DNA of 63,664 nucleotides, counting the filler, from Diploschistes diacapsis (lineage: Eukaryota), in assembly GCA_023645945.1 (NCBI GenBank). It is 18 parts of 18 records of this genome, joined end to end, with 100 filler letters (N's around TTAATTAATTAA, not from the genome) between each part and the next. Parts side by side here need not be neighbours in the genome. Positions count along the whole stretch, not along the records: positions 20,712 to 41,296 come from JALAIB010000337.1; positions 41,397 to 42,697 come from JALAIB010003373.1; positions 42,798 to 44,097 come from JALAIB010003374.1; positions 44,198 to 45,497 come from JALAIB010003375.1; positions 45,598 to 46,896 come from JALAIB010003376.1; 13 more parts are not named here. The stretch is one strand, 5' to 3'. Below, in pieces: positions 33,401 through 45,989 of the stretch. The translations under genes and the position numbers were made by a program. Every line of letters starts with the position of its first letter. The stretch's first letter is position 1. The notes under the pieces are model-generated. The model was not told the origin of the DNA. It did not search any database and worked only from the letters and a program-made list of their open reading frames with translations.

Positions 33401-36400
33401 AATTAACAGCATCTCTGTTCCATTATGGATACGGAGTTGATATCAACAGTGCTAATTGCCTAAGTGACTCCTCTCAAGCATCCCGTCGAACTGTGAGCGA
33501 TCTGCCACCTTATTCTTGGGACCACTCTACAACGTTCTGGCACGAGTCACCATTGAGTGAAGCGCACCGCTTTCGTGCTCATCCGTGGCACGACTTACTT
33601 GGCGTGAGGATACCGGGTAGCAGCATTCACGAGCCTGTCTGGAGGAATCTAGTCGGAACAGATGACTTACCGTGGCTCAAAGACCATATAGCTGACGGAC
33701 TTTCTGTGTTTCCAGGTGCAGGTTATCTATGCTCAGCCATCGAAGCGATGCGCCAGATCAGTGTGGATTGTGGAGCTTCTGCACCCATCCGACGCTTTAT
33801 AATGAAAGATGTTCATTTCTTGAAAGCTCTTGTCATCCCGGAGTCTCCAGCAAAAGCCGAGATAAAGTTCAGCTTACGCCTAAATCAAGCAACCGGTAGT
33901 GTATCAACCGACTGGAAACAATTTCAAGTAGAATGCAGGACTCTAGATGGAATCTGGCACAGCCACTGCAGGGGGTTTGTAAGGGTCGAGCATCAGCAAC
34001 CTCTTGATGAAGTTGAGCTCGATCGTGAAGACCGCCTTGTGTTGACCACCCAGCGCGAGAAACTAAAATGCCGAAAAGCACGCTGTACCAAAGATATCGA
34101 CGTCAAAGATCTATATGCCATACTCAAAGCTAACGGAAACGAGTATCGCTCAAACTTCAGCATCCTTCAGGACCTTCGCACCAGTGGCTCCGAAGCGGTA
34201 GGTAGCATACGCATCCCCGATATCGCTGAGTGTATGCCTTCAAAGTTCATGCGGCCACACCTGATACACCCTGCTACGCTCGACTCTCTCTTTCACATCA
34301 ACATCCCATTATTTCACGAATGCTGCTCGCTAGGTCCAGCCATTCCAGTCTCTATTGAAGAGGTTGTTGTGTCGGCTCAAATAGCTCAAAAGCCAGGCAC
34401 TGAGCTCATCCTAACCACAAAGCTTTCGCCGGAAGACTCACGTTCAGCGCGTGTCAATGTCATGGCTTTCCAGTACAATGGAGATCTAAATACTGAGTCC
34501 ATGATAAGCATGACGAACATTGAACTTCGTGGTGTTGGCGAGATTCAGAAGGCTCTCGGGAGTCGTAGCACTACACCCAACATGATACACAGGCATGTAT
34601 GGGATGTCGATGTTGAAGCGCTTCGCGCTGAAGATATTCAGCTCTCCAAGGGTAATCCCACGCTTGGAACCACGAACGCATCGGGCATGGCACCTGATGA
34701 ACGAAGTGACACGCTCAATCGAGCTGCATCGTATTACATTCAGAGCTGCCTGGACCATTTGGCCGGCGGAGAGTCGCATATTCCTGCGAAGCATCACGGA
34801 TACCTAATGGCATGGATGGAAAGATACGTAAAGTCTTGTGAACATTTACAACACCTTGACGATGTAGTCAGCAGAACAGGGGATCATATTTCGCAGCAAG
34901 TGAGCAACGTGGGAGCACAAGGCGAGATGTTATCACGGACTGGCGAGAACTTACATTTGCTACTCACTGGCAAGCTTGACCCGCTTGCTCTGATGCTTGA
35001 AGACGGATTACTTTACCGTATCTATGCCGAAGACTCTTCACTCCAAAGTGGTCTCCATCTCGCTGCCTTCGTCAGACGCCTTCTCTTCAAGAGTCCCTAC
35101 CTTACCGTTCTAGAGATCGGTGCTGGTACAGGAGGCACTACCTTGCCTTTATTTCAGGCATTAGGCCAGACTGGGGGATCATCCTTCAGGCGTTACGATT
35201 TCACAGATGTGTCATCCGGTTTTTTTGAGCCAGCGAAAGATTTGTTACACCAATGGGCACATATTCTTGATTTTAAGAAGCTTGACATCGAGCAAGACCC
35301 CGTCGCGCAAGGCTTTACGGCACATTCGTATGATCTGATAATTGCCGCGAACGTGTTGCATGCAACAAGTCCCATAAACCGGACCCTTGAACATATTCGA
35401 AAGCTTCTAAAGCCAACAGGCCGCCTCGCTGTGATTGAGGTAACGAAGCCTCCACCTTATGCCAACATAACCTTTGGCTTGCTCCCAGGGTGGTGGAAAA
35501 GTGAGTAGCACAGCACTTTGTCCTATACTTGACCGAAGTCTTACAATGTTGTTAGGTTTTGATGAAGACCACCAAGATGGACCTCTCCTGTCTGCCTCCG
35601 AATGGAACGATAAGTTGCGCCACAACCATTTCAGTGGCACCGATGTCGTGGTTAAAGATTACGAGAGCTCTGCTCATGAGTGCTCCTTGCTCATCTCACG
35701 GCCTGTGGAGCAGAAGCCCCAAAGACGACCGGCACTGATCGAAATACGCGCCCTTGGTTTTCACCATCTTCCCCTGCAGTTACAAGCTTTCCTTCAGAAG
35801 GAGGGTTATACTTGCAAGCATGCATCGTGGGACTTCTCCCAAGTATCAACTGACGTTACTTACATCATTTTGGATGCAGGGGGCAGACCAGTGCTCGAAG
35901 ATCCTTCAGAAGGAGAGTTTACTGGAGTAACCTCGCTCTTGACGCAAGCCAGGCGGATACTCTGGGTGAGCGTCGACCAAGACGGTTCTCCCGATGTGAA
36001 GCCCGAGCGAGGACTTATTGAAGGGCTAGCCAGAGTGGCTAGAGCTGAGAATAAAACCCTGGAACTGGTCACAATGAGTATTGTACAAGCTACCAAAGAC
36101 AACCTGTCAAGCTCCCTTGAAGCTATATGTCAAGTCTTTGGTAGATCATTCGGTGACGATAGCCCGCCAAACGAGCTGGAATATAGGAAAGTAGGCGAGC
36201 TGAAAGTTCAGAGGCTTCTACCCGATACCAATATACAGCATTTCGTCAATTCCGATCATCAGTCTCAGCCCATGCAAGCTCTCTTTCATCAGCAGATCCG
36301 GCCATTAAAGCTCCATGTTGCGAACCCGGGTCTTTTGGACAGTATGATATTCGTTGACGACGATGTTGCCAGGACGGACTTGTGTCCGGACGAGGTAGAG

Positions 36401-39400
36401 ATCAAAGCAAGAGCATACGGTATAAACTTTAAAGACGTCTTCATTGCTTTAGGTCAAATGAGAGAACAGGAGATGACTGGTGAGTGTGCTGGCATTGTTA
36501 CTCGCGTCGGCTCCAGCCTACCGTCTCAATTCAAGGTTGGTGACCGAGTATGTGGATGGAGGGGTACTCCCTATGCTAGTCATCCCCGTTTCAAGGCAAC
36601 GAATGTAAGTCATATACCTGACAGCATGTCTTTCGAGACCGCAGCATCACTACCAGTCGTGTACATGACAGCTTACTATAGTCTCGTCGAAGTAGCAAGA
36701 CTTTCAAAGGGGGACAAAGTCCTCATTCACGCAGCATCTGGTGGTGTCGGTCAGGCTGCGGTGCAAATTGCACAGACCTACGAGGCCGAGATATTTGCGA
36801 CAGTGGGAAGTGTTGCGAAAAAAGAACTAGTCAAGGAGAAATATGGTATACTGGATTCACACATCTTCTCAAGCAGAGCAAGGACCTTCAAAAGTGGGAT
36901 CATGCGACTTACTCAAGGAGAGGGCGTGGATGTGGTGTTGAATTCCCTTTCAGGAGACTACTTGCAAGAAACTTGGGACTGCATAGCCATGTTTGGTACA
37001 TTCATCGAGATTGGAAAAACTGATATCTATCGAAACCAGCAAATACATATGAAACCGTTCGATCGCAACGTCAACTTTTCGTCAGTCGATCTTGTCCTTT
37101 TAGCTGACCACAAACCTCATGCGATGAAGAAAGTTTTTGGAGAAATCATGTTAATGTTTCAGACAGGCCGCCTCAAGCCGGTGCACCCGGTAACCATTGT
37201 GCCTATTGGAGAAGCTGTGGATACTTTTCGGCTTATCCAGGCTCGGAAGCACGTGGGCAAATTGGTGCTTCAAGCCACCGAGACAGCCATGGTCAAGGCA
37301 ACTGCTCTCAAGCGTGAGCCTTTCGTGTTGAATGGTAATGCAACTTACCTTATTGCTGGTGGACGAGGTAGCCTAGGTCGATCAATCGTGCGTTACATGA
37401 TTGATCATGGAGCCAAACATCTGGTCATCTTTTCGAGGCGTGACATGAAGTCTCATGAGGAACTGCTGTTTGTACAGGACGTGAAATCAAGTGATGTCGA
37501 AATCCTGCTGATGACCTGTGATATTACAAGCGCGGCAAGCGTGAAACAAGCGGTTATGTCTATCGAGAGAAGCATGCCGCCGATCAAAGGTGTAGTCCAG
37601 GCCGCTATGGTTCTACAGGACCAATTGCTGGAGCGAATGAGTGTTGACGCCTACAAGCAAGCCCTACGTCCTAAGATGCTAGGCACTAGGAATCTCGTTG
37701 ATGCCCTTGTGGACAATGTATTCGATTTCTTTATCATGCTCTCATCGGCCTCGTCAATCATCGGCTTAAGCGGTCAAGCGAACTACGCTGCAGGATGTGC
37801 ATACCAGGATGCACTTGCCCAAAGTTGCAGCTATACTAATGCTCACTATGTGTCCCTGAATCTGGGTATGGTCGAAGAAACCGATATTATAGCTTCACGT
37901 CCGGAGTTCCGGCAAGCTTGGCTCCGGGCCGGATTTATACCAATCGCAGTACAGGATGTGCTCAACCTACTAGAATACGCAATGAGCGGGCAGGCCCGCA
38001 AAGATGATTGCAGGCAGATCAGTATAGGCTTCAATATAGAATCACTTTCTCAGCCAAGTGCATCCGATGTCTTGAAGAATCCCATATTCTGCCACCTACC
38101 ATTGTCATCAGACACAACCAAGGCAAAGCCAGGTCTCCAGACTCAGCTAGATGTTTCTGATGCTCTGCTAGCAGCTAAAAGCACGGAAGAAATACATACG
38201 ATCACAGCATCAGCTATAAGCAAAAAGATGGCTGCTCTGATTAGCCTGGGCGAGGAAGGAATCGGCGTCGAAGTACCAATAAGCAGTCTTGGACTTGACT
38301 CTCTAATAGCAATCGAATTGAAAAATTGGATCGTGCAGACATTCCACTCACCGCTGCAAACTTCGGAGATTCTAGACTCGCCCAATATTATCAGCTTAGC
38401 GGGAACGGTAGCAAAGAGGTCGACAGTCTTGAGCAACAAGATGGAGACAAGCCTGACAGAAGCCAGCCAAGCTGTGCCAGACCAATCTCAAGACTCAAGC
38501 CATCAGCGACTGCCTACTATTCCGCTGCCCAACTTAACTGACTCCCTCAACCAATACATAGAGTCTGTTCAAAGCTTTTGCTCTGCGGAGGATATGGAAT
38601 CACTCTTGGCTGCAATGAATCGCTTCCAAGGACCAGACGGTCGAGGACAAGAGCTTCACCAGCGATTACTAGCGAGGATGAAGGACCCTACACTCGATGA
38701 CTGGCTTTATGATCTTTACCAACATGAAACATGGACAAAGCGCCGGGTACCACTAAACCCCTATGGTCATTTCTTTGGGGCTCTTCGTAGTAGCGATGTA
38801 AAGCATAGCCAAGCACAATGGGCTGCCATTATCACGGAGGCCGCGTTCCGCTTCAAACAGCGCCTACAAGCCGGCGACATCGATAGAGATTATATGAATG
38901 AGCAGCCTTTAGATATGAATCTGCATAATTGGACTTTCAACACGTGGCTGGAGGCTGGTACGGAGAATGACAAGATACGCAAAGAGGGAATTGACAACCA
39001 TATCATTGTCCTTAGGAACGGTCATATCTTCCGGGTCGTTCTGGATCGAGCGTTATCTTCACCCTCTGATCTTGAAGCGCAATTCGAAAATATTTTGAAT
39101 GCGAGCAACAGCGTCGTTCCCTCACTCGCTACTTTAACAGCCGACGGAAGAGAGAGTTGGGCAGGGATCCGAAAGATAGTCGCTGTCGCTGATCCAAAAA
39201 ATGAGAGTCTTCTCCAATTAATCGAGACTTCTGCTTTCGTTGTATGTCTCGACGACTTCTCCCCGTCAACCTCCTCGGAACGGGTAAATTGCTTCCTCCT
39301 TGGCGGTCCCTCAAACCGATGGAGTGACAAAAGCCTCCAGTTCGTGGTCTGCTCCAATGGCGCTTCAGCGGGGATCGCCGAGCATGCAATGCTCGATGGT

Positions 39401-40420
39401 GACACCCTTAATCAGCTGTGGGACGCTATTAACCTCGCCATCTCCAACAAGGGCGTCGAGGGTCGAGTTGAAGCGAACAGTCGGTCCAAAGAGGATGTAC
39501 AAGAGCTAGAGGAGTATTCTTTTCACATCACGCCCGAAATCGAAGGGCACATCAACCGCGTACACGATCTCTTCTACAAGGACTTCACAGAGTACGAATA
39601 CACGCACCACACCCTCTCCACCCTAGGCAGCTCTTTGCTCCGCGCCCACAAGCTAGCGCCAAAAGTTGTCTTCCAAATCATAATCCAGCTGGCTGGCCGC
39701 CTCTACTTCGGCGAATCGCACCCCTGTCTCGAGCCCGTATCCATGCGGCCCTTCCACAAAGGCCGTCTAGATTTCATCCAAACCACCATCCCTCCAGTCT
39801 TCGACTTCCTGGTCTCAGCAGCCACCGCTCTTGAAAGACATAGGCAGTCAGGATCACAAACACAGCCCAGTACAGACAATACACGATCCCCTCTAACGCC
39901 AGCGGCGGAAGACCTCAACCTCCGCACCCGCCTCCTAGACGCGGCAAAAGCCCTATCGAACCTAATTACAAACACGACCCGCGGCCGCGGCTTTCGCAAC
40001 CACTTCTTGGCCCTCCGCGCTATGGTGCGCCCGGAGGAAGGCGAAGAGATGCCCGACTTTTTCAAGCACCCAAGTTTCGGTCTTATTGGGCCGGGGAGGA
40101 TCTCGACGGATTGTCTTTCACGGCATGGGAAGGTAACGGAGGCCGGGTTCCATCGGCCGGGGCCCTGGAAGGTGTGGGTTCATTATGAGGTTGGGGATGA
40201 GGGGTGGGTTTCTCTTCTTGAGAATTTTCTTTCTATCCTCGGGGCTTGTTCCGGAGGGAGGATGTAGGCTAACAGGATGCATAGATGTCAGTTCGCTATC
40301 AAGGCCCCGTCCAGGGGCAGAACCCAGGCTTTCTTCGAGGTGGTGGAGAGGGCGGCAGGGTTCGTGAGGGGTTTGCTGGAGAGAGGTGAAGGAGGCGAGG
40401 CGATGCAATTGAATGCTTAG
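30447..40420 (+). CDS. Highly reducing iterative type I PKS: KS-AT-DH-cMT-ER-KR-ACP plus C-terminal carnitine/choline acyltransferase-like (cAT) domain; ~3218 aa, 6 exons
   Basis: Exons 30447-31111, 31170-31440, 31512-31766, 31819-35500, 35556-40203, 40285-40420 (9657 nt, in frame). KS DTGCSGS/HGTGT/NIGHCE; AT GHSSG and AYHS; DH LKDHIADGLSVFPG and HPATLD; cMT LEIGAGTGG and ANVLHAT; ER LIHAASGGVGQ; KR GGRGSLG and GQANYAAG; ACP LGLDSL; cAT LPTIPLPNL, NRWSDKSLQFVV, EHAMLDG. Confidence 0.95.
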
Positions 40421-41396
40421 TGCTTTGTAAAGTGGAAGATGAGGAAGCTGTGGGCTGGGCGGGGGGGTGGATGGTCAATCAAATTGTCCCATAATTTCTT
40501 CCGCCGTACAGAAAACCTGTCGTTATCGTCGCGACGGTTAGTTTTTGCTTTTTTAAATTCGGGCGCCTGCTCGAACCACTGCAGCAGGAGCCATGCTGTT
40601 GTTTTTCGCTCGATTTTCGTCGTGTCGTCGTCCCCCCTTTTTATTTACTTCCTCCTCGAGAATTGAAACGAACACACAGCCCCTGGCTGGAGCGTCCCTG
40701 TCGGTAAATGCCTCCTCGCGGCCTCCCAGGCCCTGTAAGACGATCAAGTATCCAAAGAAGATCGGGCCAAGGAAGGGGTGGGCGCAGAGAGGTTGAGAGA
40801 GAGGTTGAGAGAGAGACTGCAAAGGAAGGAAGCAACATCAAAAGCCCACATAGCTGACTTGGTACAACAGGCGAACGGTGCAGCCCCCAACGGGGGGCCA
40901 AAGCAGCACAGATAAAAAAGATATCGGCATCGGCATCAGCACCCCCCACACCCTGCAGATATAGGGTAGGTACTACGACGAACGAACGAACGAACGAGGA
41001 GCCGGGGAAAAAAACCTTACGCACCACCACCCCACCGGTCAAGCTAGCTAGCTAGCTCCTGGAGCGCAAGTTATCAGCAGCTAGCACTCAAGCCTAAATA
41101 TATATATATATATATTAAACAGGGCAAACCCTTGCGGTAGACTGCACGGAGAGCCAGATGGCAAGGAAATGGTGAACGACTTGAATGTCAAAGTCTCGTA
41201 TACGTAGTAGTAGTTCATGACTTATGTTTTATGTTTTTTTTATCCAATGAAGCACGTTGTACATTACAGACAGGGATGTGGGAGGGAGGATCTATCNNNN
41301 NNNNNNNNNNNNNNNNNNNNNNNNNNNNNNNNNNNNNNNNTTAATTAATTAANNNNNNNNNNNNNNNNNNNNNNNNNNNNNNNNNNNNNNNNNNNN

Positions 41397-42154
41397 TATA
41401 AAGAGTTGATTTATCGATATGTAATGTTTAAGAAGATGATCGTCGACGATGATTTAAAAAATAAAATATAAGTTATTAATCTTTTAATCAATTACTGAAT
41501 TAAACGAACTTAGATTTCGTCTTATAATCCTCTTGTAAATAATTTAGTTAAATATGGTTATCGCGTGATTATGGACGTTCTAAATAAGTTGATTAATGGC
41601 GGGAAAGGAGACTGGGTGTCGGTTTTATTTTTAGTGTTTTGGGTAGAACGAGTCTCGGTTAATGTTATTATAGGAAGGATTTTATTTTTATTGTTATATG
41701 GGACAGAATGTGTCTTGCTAATAAAGACGGAAGTTATTATATGGACGATATTATTATGGAACGATGTTTATAGCCGTGCCGATCTTTTGGCGGTAAGAAT
41801 AAAACAACTGGAAAGCCGTGATGAGGATATAAGGAAGATTTTTGCTAAAGTGGAACGTCGGAAGGGTTAGGTGATCGATTTACGTTATAAAGGTATTTAT
41901 ACGAAAATTTATCTTTTTTATATTAAAGATTTTATATTATTTTATAACAGTAAATATTAAAAAAATTATTCCGTATCTCGAAAATTAAATTTTTAGTAAC
42001 TCGGTTCTTATTAGATAACTTATATAAACTAAACGAAATCAGTTTTTAAACTTACGGAATTAAATAGAACTAACCTCGTTAAAACCTTTATAAATAAAAA
42101 GTTAAAAGCCTTTATTATTGATCTTAAAAAAGATATAATAATACCGAATTCTAG
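41397..42154 (+). pseudogene. RIP-degenerate Gypsy/Ty3 integrase fragment
   Basis: Reads DVLNKLINGGKGDWVSVLFLVFWVERVSVNVIIGRILFLLLYGTECVLL, matching the integrase C-terminal core pattern (W...L..VLWA.R....TG.TPF.L.YG) with RIP-type substitutions. Confidence 0.75.
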
Positions 42155-42697
42155 TGTAAACATAAAAGTAGGCCGCAGACTTGGTGGGGGTGGTCCCCAC
42201 AGGGCAGCTCCATTTAAGGAGGCTTGCTAGGTAGCTCTAGACAATCAATGCATCCTACACCTCATAAATATCCTACCTAGATATACTACTAACTACGAAA
42301 TCATATTACATTCCCTTACTACATCACCTACGACTATCTACCTACTATAATAAGGAAAGTCTCCCTAGACAGCGCGCCTTGTATTTATAATGGAAATTAA
42401 CCTAAGGACCTATCTAAGAACCCTTCCACATCTTACGAGAAATAAGAAGAAGATTACGATATAAAAGTTTTAAACATAATAAAGACATTATTTACAAAAA
42501 TATAAAGAAAGAAAAGAAAAAGGCATCTGATTATCTCTAAATGGCCTACCAACATTAAAAGGATAAAAAAACAGAATTTAATTAAGATATATTCAGAAAA
42601 TTAAACTACGAATAAGTAAAATATTAAAAACGAATTAGAAATTAAAGATTATCGATATTAAAAACGATAAATATTATTGACTTAAGTTATTCAGTAC
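42155..42697 (+). mobile_element. LTR (~276 bp, TG...CA, 42155-42430) plus adjacent internal sequence of an LTR retrotransposon inserted in the Gypsy relic
   Basis: TGTAAACATAAAAGTAGG...CCCTTCCACA; a second copy with the same downstream flank is at 61406-61682. Confidence 0.7.
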
Positions 42698-42797
42698 NNN
42701 NNNNNNNNNNNNNNNNNNNNNNNNNNNNNNNNNNNNNNNNNTTAATTAATTAANNNNNNNNNNNNNNNNNNNNNNNNNNNNNNNNNNNNNNNNNNNN

Positions 42798-43009
42798 ATC
42801 CTAAAAAACGTTAAAGACGTCTAATCTTTCTTAAAATTCGTCAATTATAATCGATAATTTATTAGAAACTATTCAAAAATAATAGAACCATTAACAAAAC
42901 TTATTAGAAAAGATTTACTTTATAAATAAATATAGGATCAAGAATAGGCTTTCTAGAAACTTAAAGACCTAACGATTAACGCGTCTATTCTAGGATTTTA
43001 TAATCTAAA
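42798..43009 (+). pseudogene. RIP-degenerate Gypsy reverse transcriptase thumb/connection fragment
   Basis: Reads PKKxKDV*SFLKFVNYNR*FIRNYSKIIEPLTKLIRKD, matching the consensus KDVQSFLGFxNYYRxFIxxYSxIxxPLTxL. Confidence 0.75.
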
Positions 43010-43011
43010 TA

Positions 43012-43838
43012 ACGTGTTTCACGGGGATTCCGGCCACCCCCAGATTCCGGCCACCTTAAATCACTACCGCCAACATTCTACGGTTTTTAGATACAACCTA
43101 TTCGTCGCAATTAAAATCTAATCGATCTAAATCGAATCTATTTTCCTCCTCTTTATCCTTCTCGATTTCAAAAACGCGACGACGTTTTTTACGCGTTATA
43201 AATCGTTTCGAAATTATCCGACTCGATTCAACCCGAGCTACTATCTTAAGAACTTCGTCTGTATTAAATATAAAACGACCTTCTAATTCGATTCGTTTAT
43301 CTAATTTACGTTTTTTACGATTATTAAAAAACGCTTTTTGCTTTCGGTTTTCTTTACGAAGCGTTATAAGCTCAATATACGTCGATTTAAACATACGGGT
43401 TATTCAACTCGAATAACGTCAAATCGGGCTAATTAATTCTAAAACGACTCGCAACGTTTAATTAAATTCTTTATTAATCTTTCGTAGTTCGGTCGCATTT
43501 AATAAAGAATTATATAATGAAGATAAATCTAAATCGAATTAATTCGAGATTAAAAGAAGGTTATAAGATAGAAATAAAAGGGTCCGATAAGTTAAATAAA
43601 GTTTATTAAACACGATTATAAGATTAATAGATTATAATTTAATATTTATAAAGTTTATTTAAGCGTTTCGATTCGTAATAGTTCGATTTTAAATTATTAA
43701 AAATAATTCGATTTATTTCGAGCGTATTATACGCGTTTTATTTAATCGAATAAGATGATTTGTCTCTTACGTTAACGCGCTTTTTAACGGTGAAAATACT
43801 GCGACATCGAATGATTGAAAAAGATAAGAATTATACGA
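43012..43838 (-). mobile_element. pogo/Fot1-like (Tc1-mariner) DNA transposon, right end with RIPed transposase C-terminus
   Basis: TA followed by ~44-bp TIR ACGTGTTTCACGGGGATTCCGGCCACCCCCAGATTCCGGCCACC. Minus strand encodes SYNSYLFQSFDVAVFSPLKSA (degenerate PHSSHLLQPLDV DDE motif) and LRKENRKQK...KRIELEGRFIFNTDEVLKI. Confidence 0.85.
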
Positions 43839-43840
43839 TA

Positions 43841-44097
43841 ACGTGTTTCACGGGGATTCCGGCCACCTTAAATCATTATTTTTATCTTATATTCGATCTT
43901 TCTTAATGATGATTACCTCGTACAAAAATAATTCGATTTTAATAGAATTTAATATTAACGACTATTTATAGACCTTAAAATCATAATAATATATTAATAT
44001 TCGAAAAACTACCCGCGTATTTAAAATATCTCGGTCGATTATTATAGATCGATTCGATAAAACTTAATCTCGCTTTAATAACCACGAAACGATTTAA
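43841..44097 (+). mobile_element. Left end of another copy of the pogo-like element nested in the first (shortened TIR)
   Basis: TA plus ACGTGTTTCACGGGGATTCCGGCCACC, followed by sequence homologous to 57915-58079 and to the reverse complement of 52590-52878. Confidence 0.75.
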
Positions 44098-44621
44098 NNN
44101 NNNNNNNNNNNNNNNNNNNNNNNNNNNNNNNNNNNNNNNNNTTAATTAATTAANNNNNNNNNNNNNNNNNNNNNNNNNNNNNNNNNNNNNNNNNNNNACA
44201 AAGATATATAATAAATTAAAATAATACTGCCGAAAGATCCATATAAATTATCGAAATGAACATCCGTGTTATATTTAAAAAAGCGAAATAAGGATACGTT
44301 TTCTAAAATAAAACAGTATTGGCCTAATATTATATCCGAAATAGGAGAGTAATAAAACTTAAATTGAACGATTTAGTCGCGATGTTTGTCGAGTATTAAT
44401 TAAGCGAAAAATCGTTAATAAATAATATCCGTATCTGGAAATCAAGATGTTATAATTACGTAAATCTTAAATCATTATTTAAACGATAAGATAAGTTAAT
44501 AAATAAGATAAGACTAAATATAATAATCGGATATATCAATATTAATAAATAATATAAGATCTAGGTACTCGATGTTTAGAAGGTTATTAAAACTAATTTA
44601 GTCAAATTAAAAAGAATAAAA

Positions 44622-45041
44622 CTGAGACAGATCAGCCCAGGCGTGCCACGCCACCGGGGTCACGTGACGGCAGGGTCACATGACGGGTACTAACCGTGCC
44701 AAGGATGTTAGGGGGTGGCTGTGTAAGCGGGTAGAACCCGAACCCCGTAGGGCTGGCACCTACACACTATTTAGTCCTACTATCCTTCCATTTAGATAGT
44801 TTCTTTTCTAGCTTTTCGAATCGAGATCTTTTACCTATAAATCTTTAGCTACATGTAATCCTTCCGGATCAGATCCAGCTCCCGGTAATATAATATTCTA
44901 TTCTTACGCTGGCGTTTTATATTCGAAAAGCTCGTTTTACCTACATACTCGTAACGAGAATTTAAAACGTTAATCGAATTAAATATTCGAATAAATCTAC
45001 GATAACCGAACTCGAAAATATTACCCGCCCGAATTATTATA
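44622..45041 (+). mobile_element. Probable LTR (~420 bp) with a GC-rich unmutated 5' part
   Basis: Starts with TG. 3' two-thirds homologous to 49140-49465. Contains GTCACGTGAC at 44659. Boundaries approximate. Confidence 0.55.
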
Positions 45042-45497
45042 ACGTGTTTCACGGGGATTCCGGCCACCCCCAGATTCCGGCCACCTCAAATTATTACCGC
45101 CAACATTCTACGGTTTTTAAATATAACCTATTCGTCGCAATTAGAATCTAATCGATCTAAATCGAATCTATTTTCTTCCTTTTCATCCTTCTCGATTTTA
45201 GAAACGCGACGACGTTTTTTACGCGTTCTAAATCGTTTCGAAATTGTTCGATTCGATTTAATTTTAATTATTATTTTAAGAACTTCGTATATATTAAATA
45301 TAAAACGATTTTTTAATTCGATTCGTTTATTTATTTTACGTTTTTTACGATTATTAAAAAGCGTTTTTTATTTTCGATTTTCTTTACGAAACGTTATAAA
45401 TTCAATATACGTCGATTTAAATATACGGGTTATTCGTTCGAATAATATCGAATTAGATTAATTAATTTTAAAACGGCTCGTAACGTTTAATTAAACT
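45042..45497 (-). mobile_element. pogo-like transposon right end (TIR plus transposase C-terminal relic)
   Basis: TA plus the same TIR; near-identical to 43012-43470 apart from C>T/G>A changes. Confidence 0.85.
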
Positions 45498-45597
45498 NNN
45501 NNNNNNNNNNNNNNNNNNNNNNNNNNNNNNNNNNNNNNNNNTTAATTAATTAANNNNNNNNNNNNNNNNNNNNNNNNNNNNNNNNNNNNNNNNNNNN

Positions 45598-45989
45598 CTA
45601 TTAATATTAATATTGATACTGTAATAAATTCACCGGAATACCGTAATGAAATTTTTTTTTAAAAATAAAAGCGTGAAAAATAGGCGTGATAATTCCAGAA
45701 TTATTTAAAAAAAATAAAGTGTTTCGGTAAATGCACGAACACGGATATTATATTTCCGTAAATTTATTAACAAGGACATCGCAGTAAAAATTTTCTCGGT
45801 ACAAATATTAACACGGACATTATATTATAATAAAAACACGGACACGGACACTGTAAGTAAAAATTTTAAAATATTAATATTAATACGGACACTGCACTTC
45901 CGTAAATCCACGGACACGGACACCGCAGCTAAAAAATCTAAAACACGGACACTGACACGGCCGTGTCAGTGCCAGTGACGGCCAGCCTA
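45598..45989 (-). mobile_element. End of a non-autonomous hAT element inserted into a Copia-type LTR
   Basis: ACACGG-rich subterminal repeats ending in ACGGCCAGCCTA (45978-45989). Confidence 0.8.

Noticed and set aside
40780..41120. Short simple repeats (AGAGAGGTTG, GAAC, GCTA, TA) after the PKS
   Set aside because: Ordinary microsatellites near a contig end with no higher-order structure.
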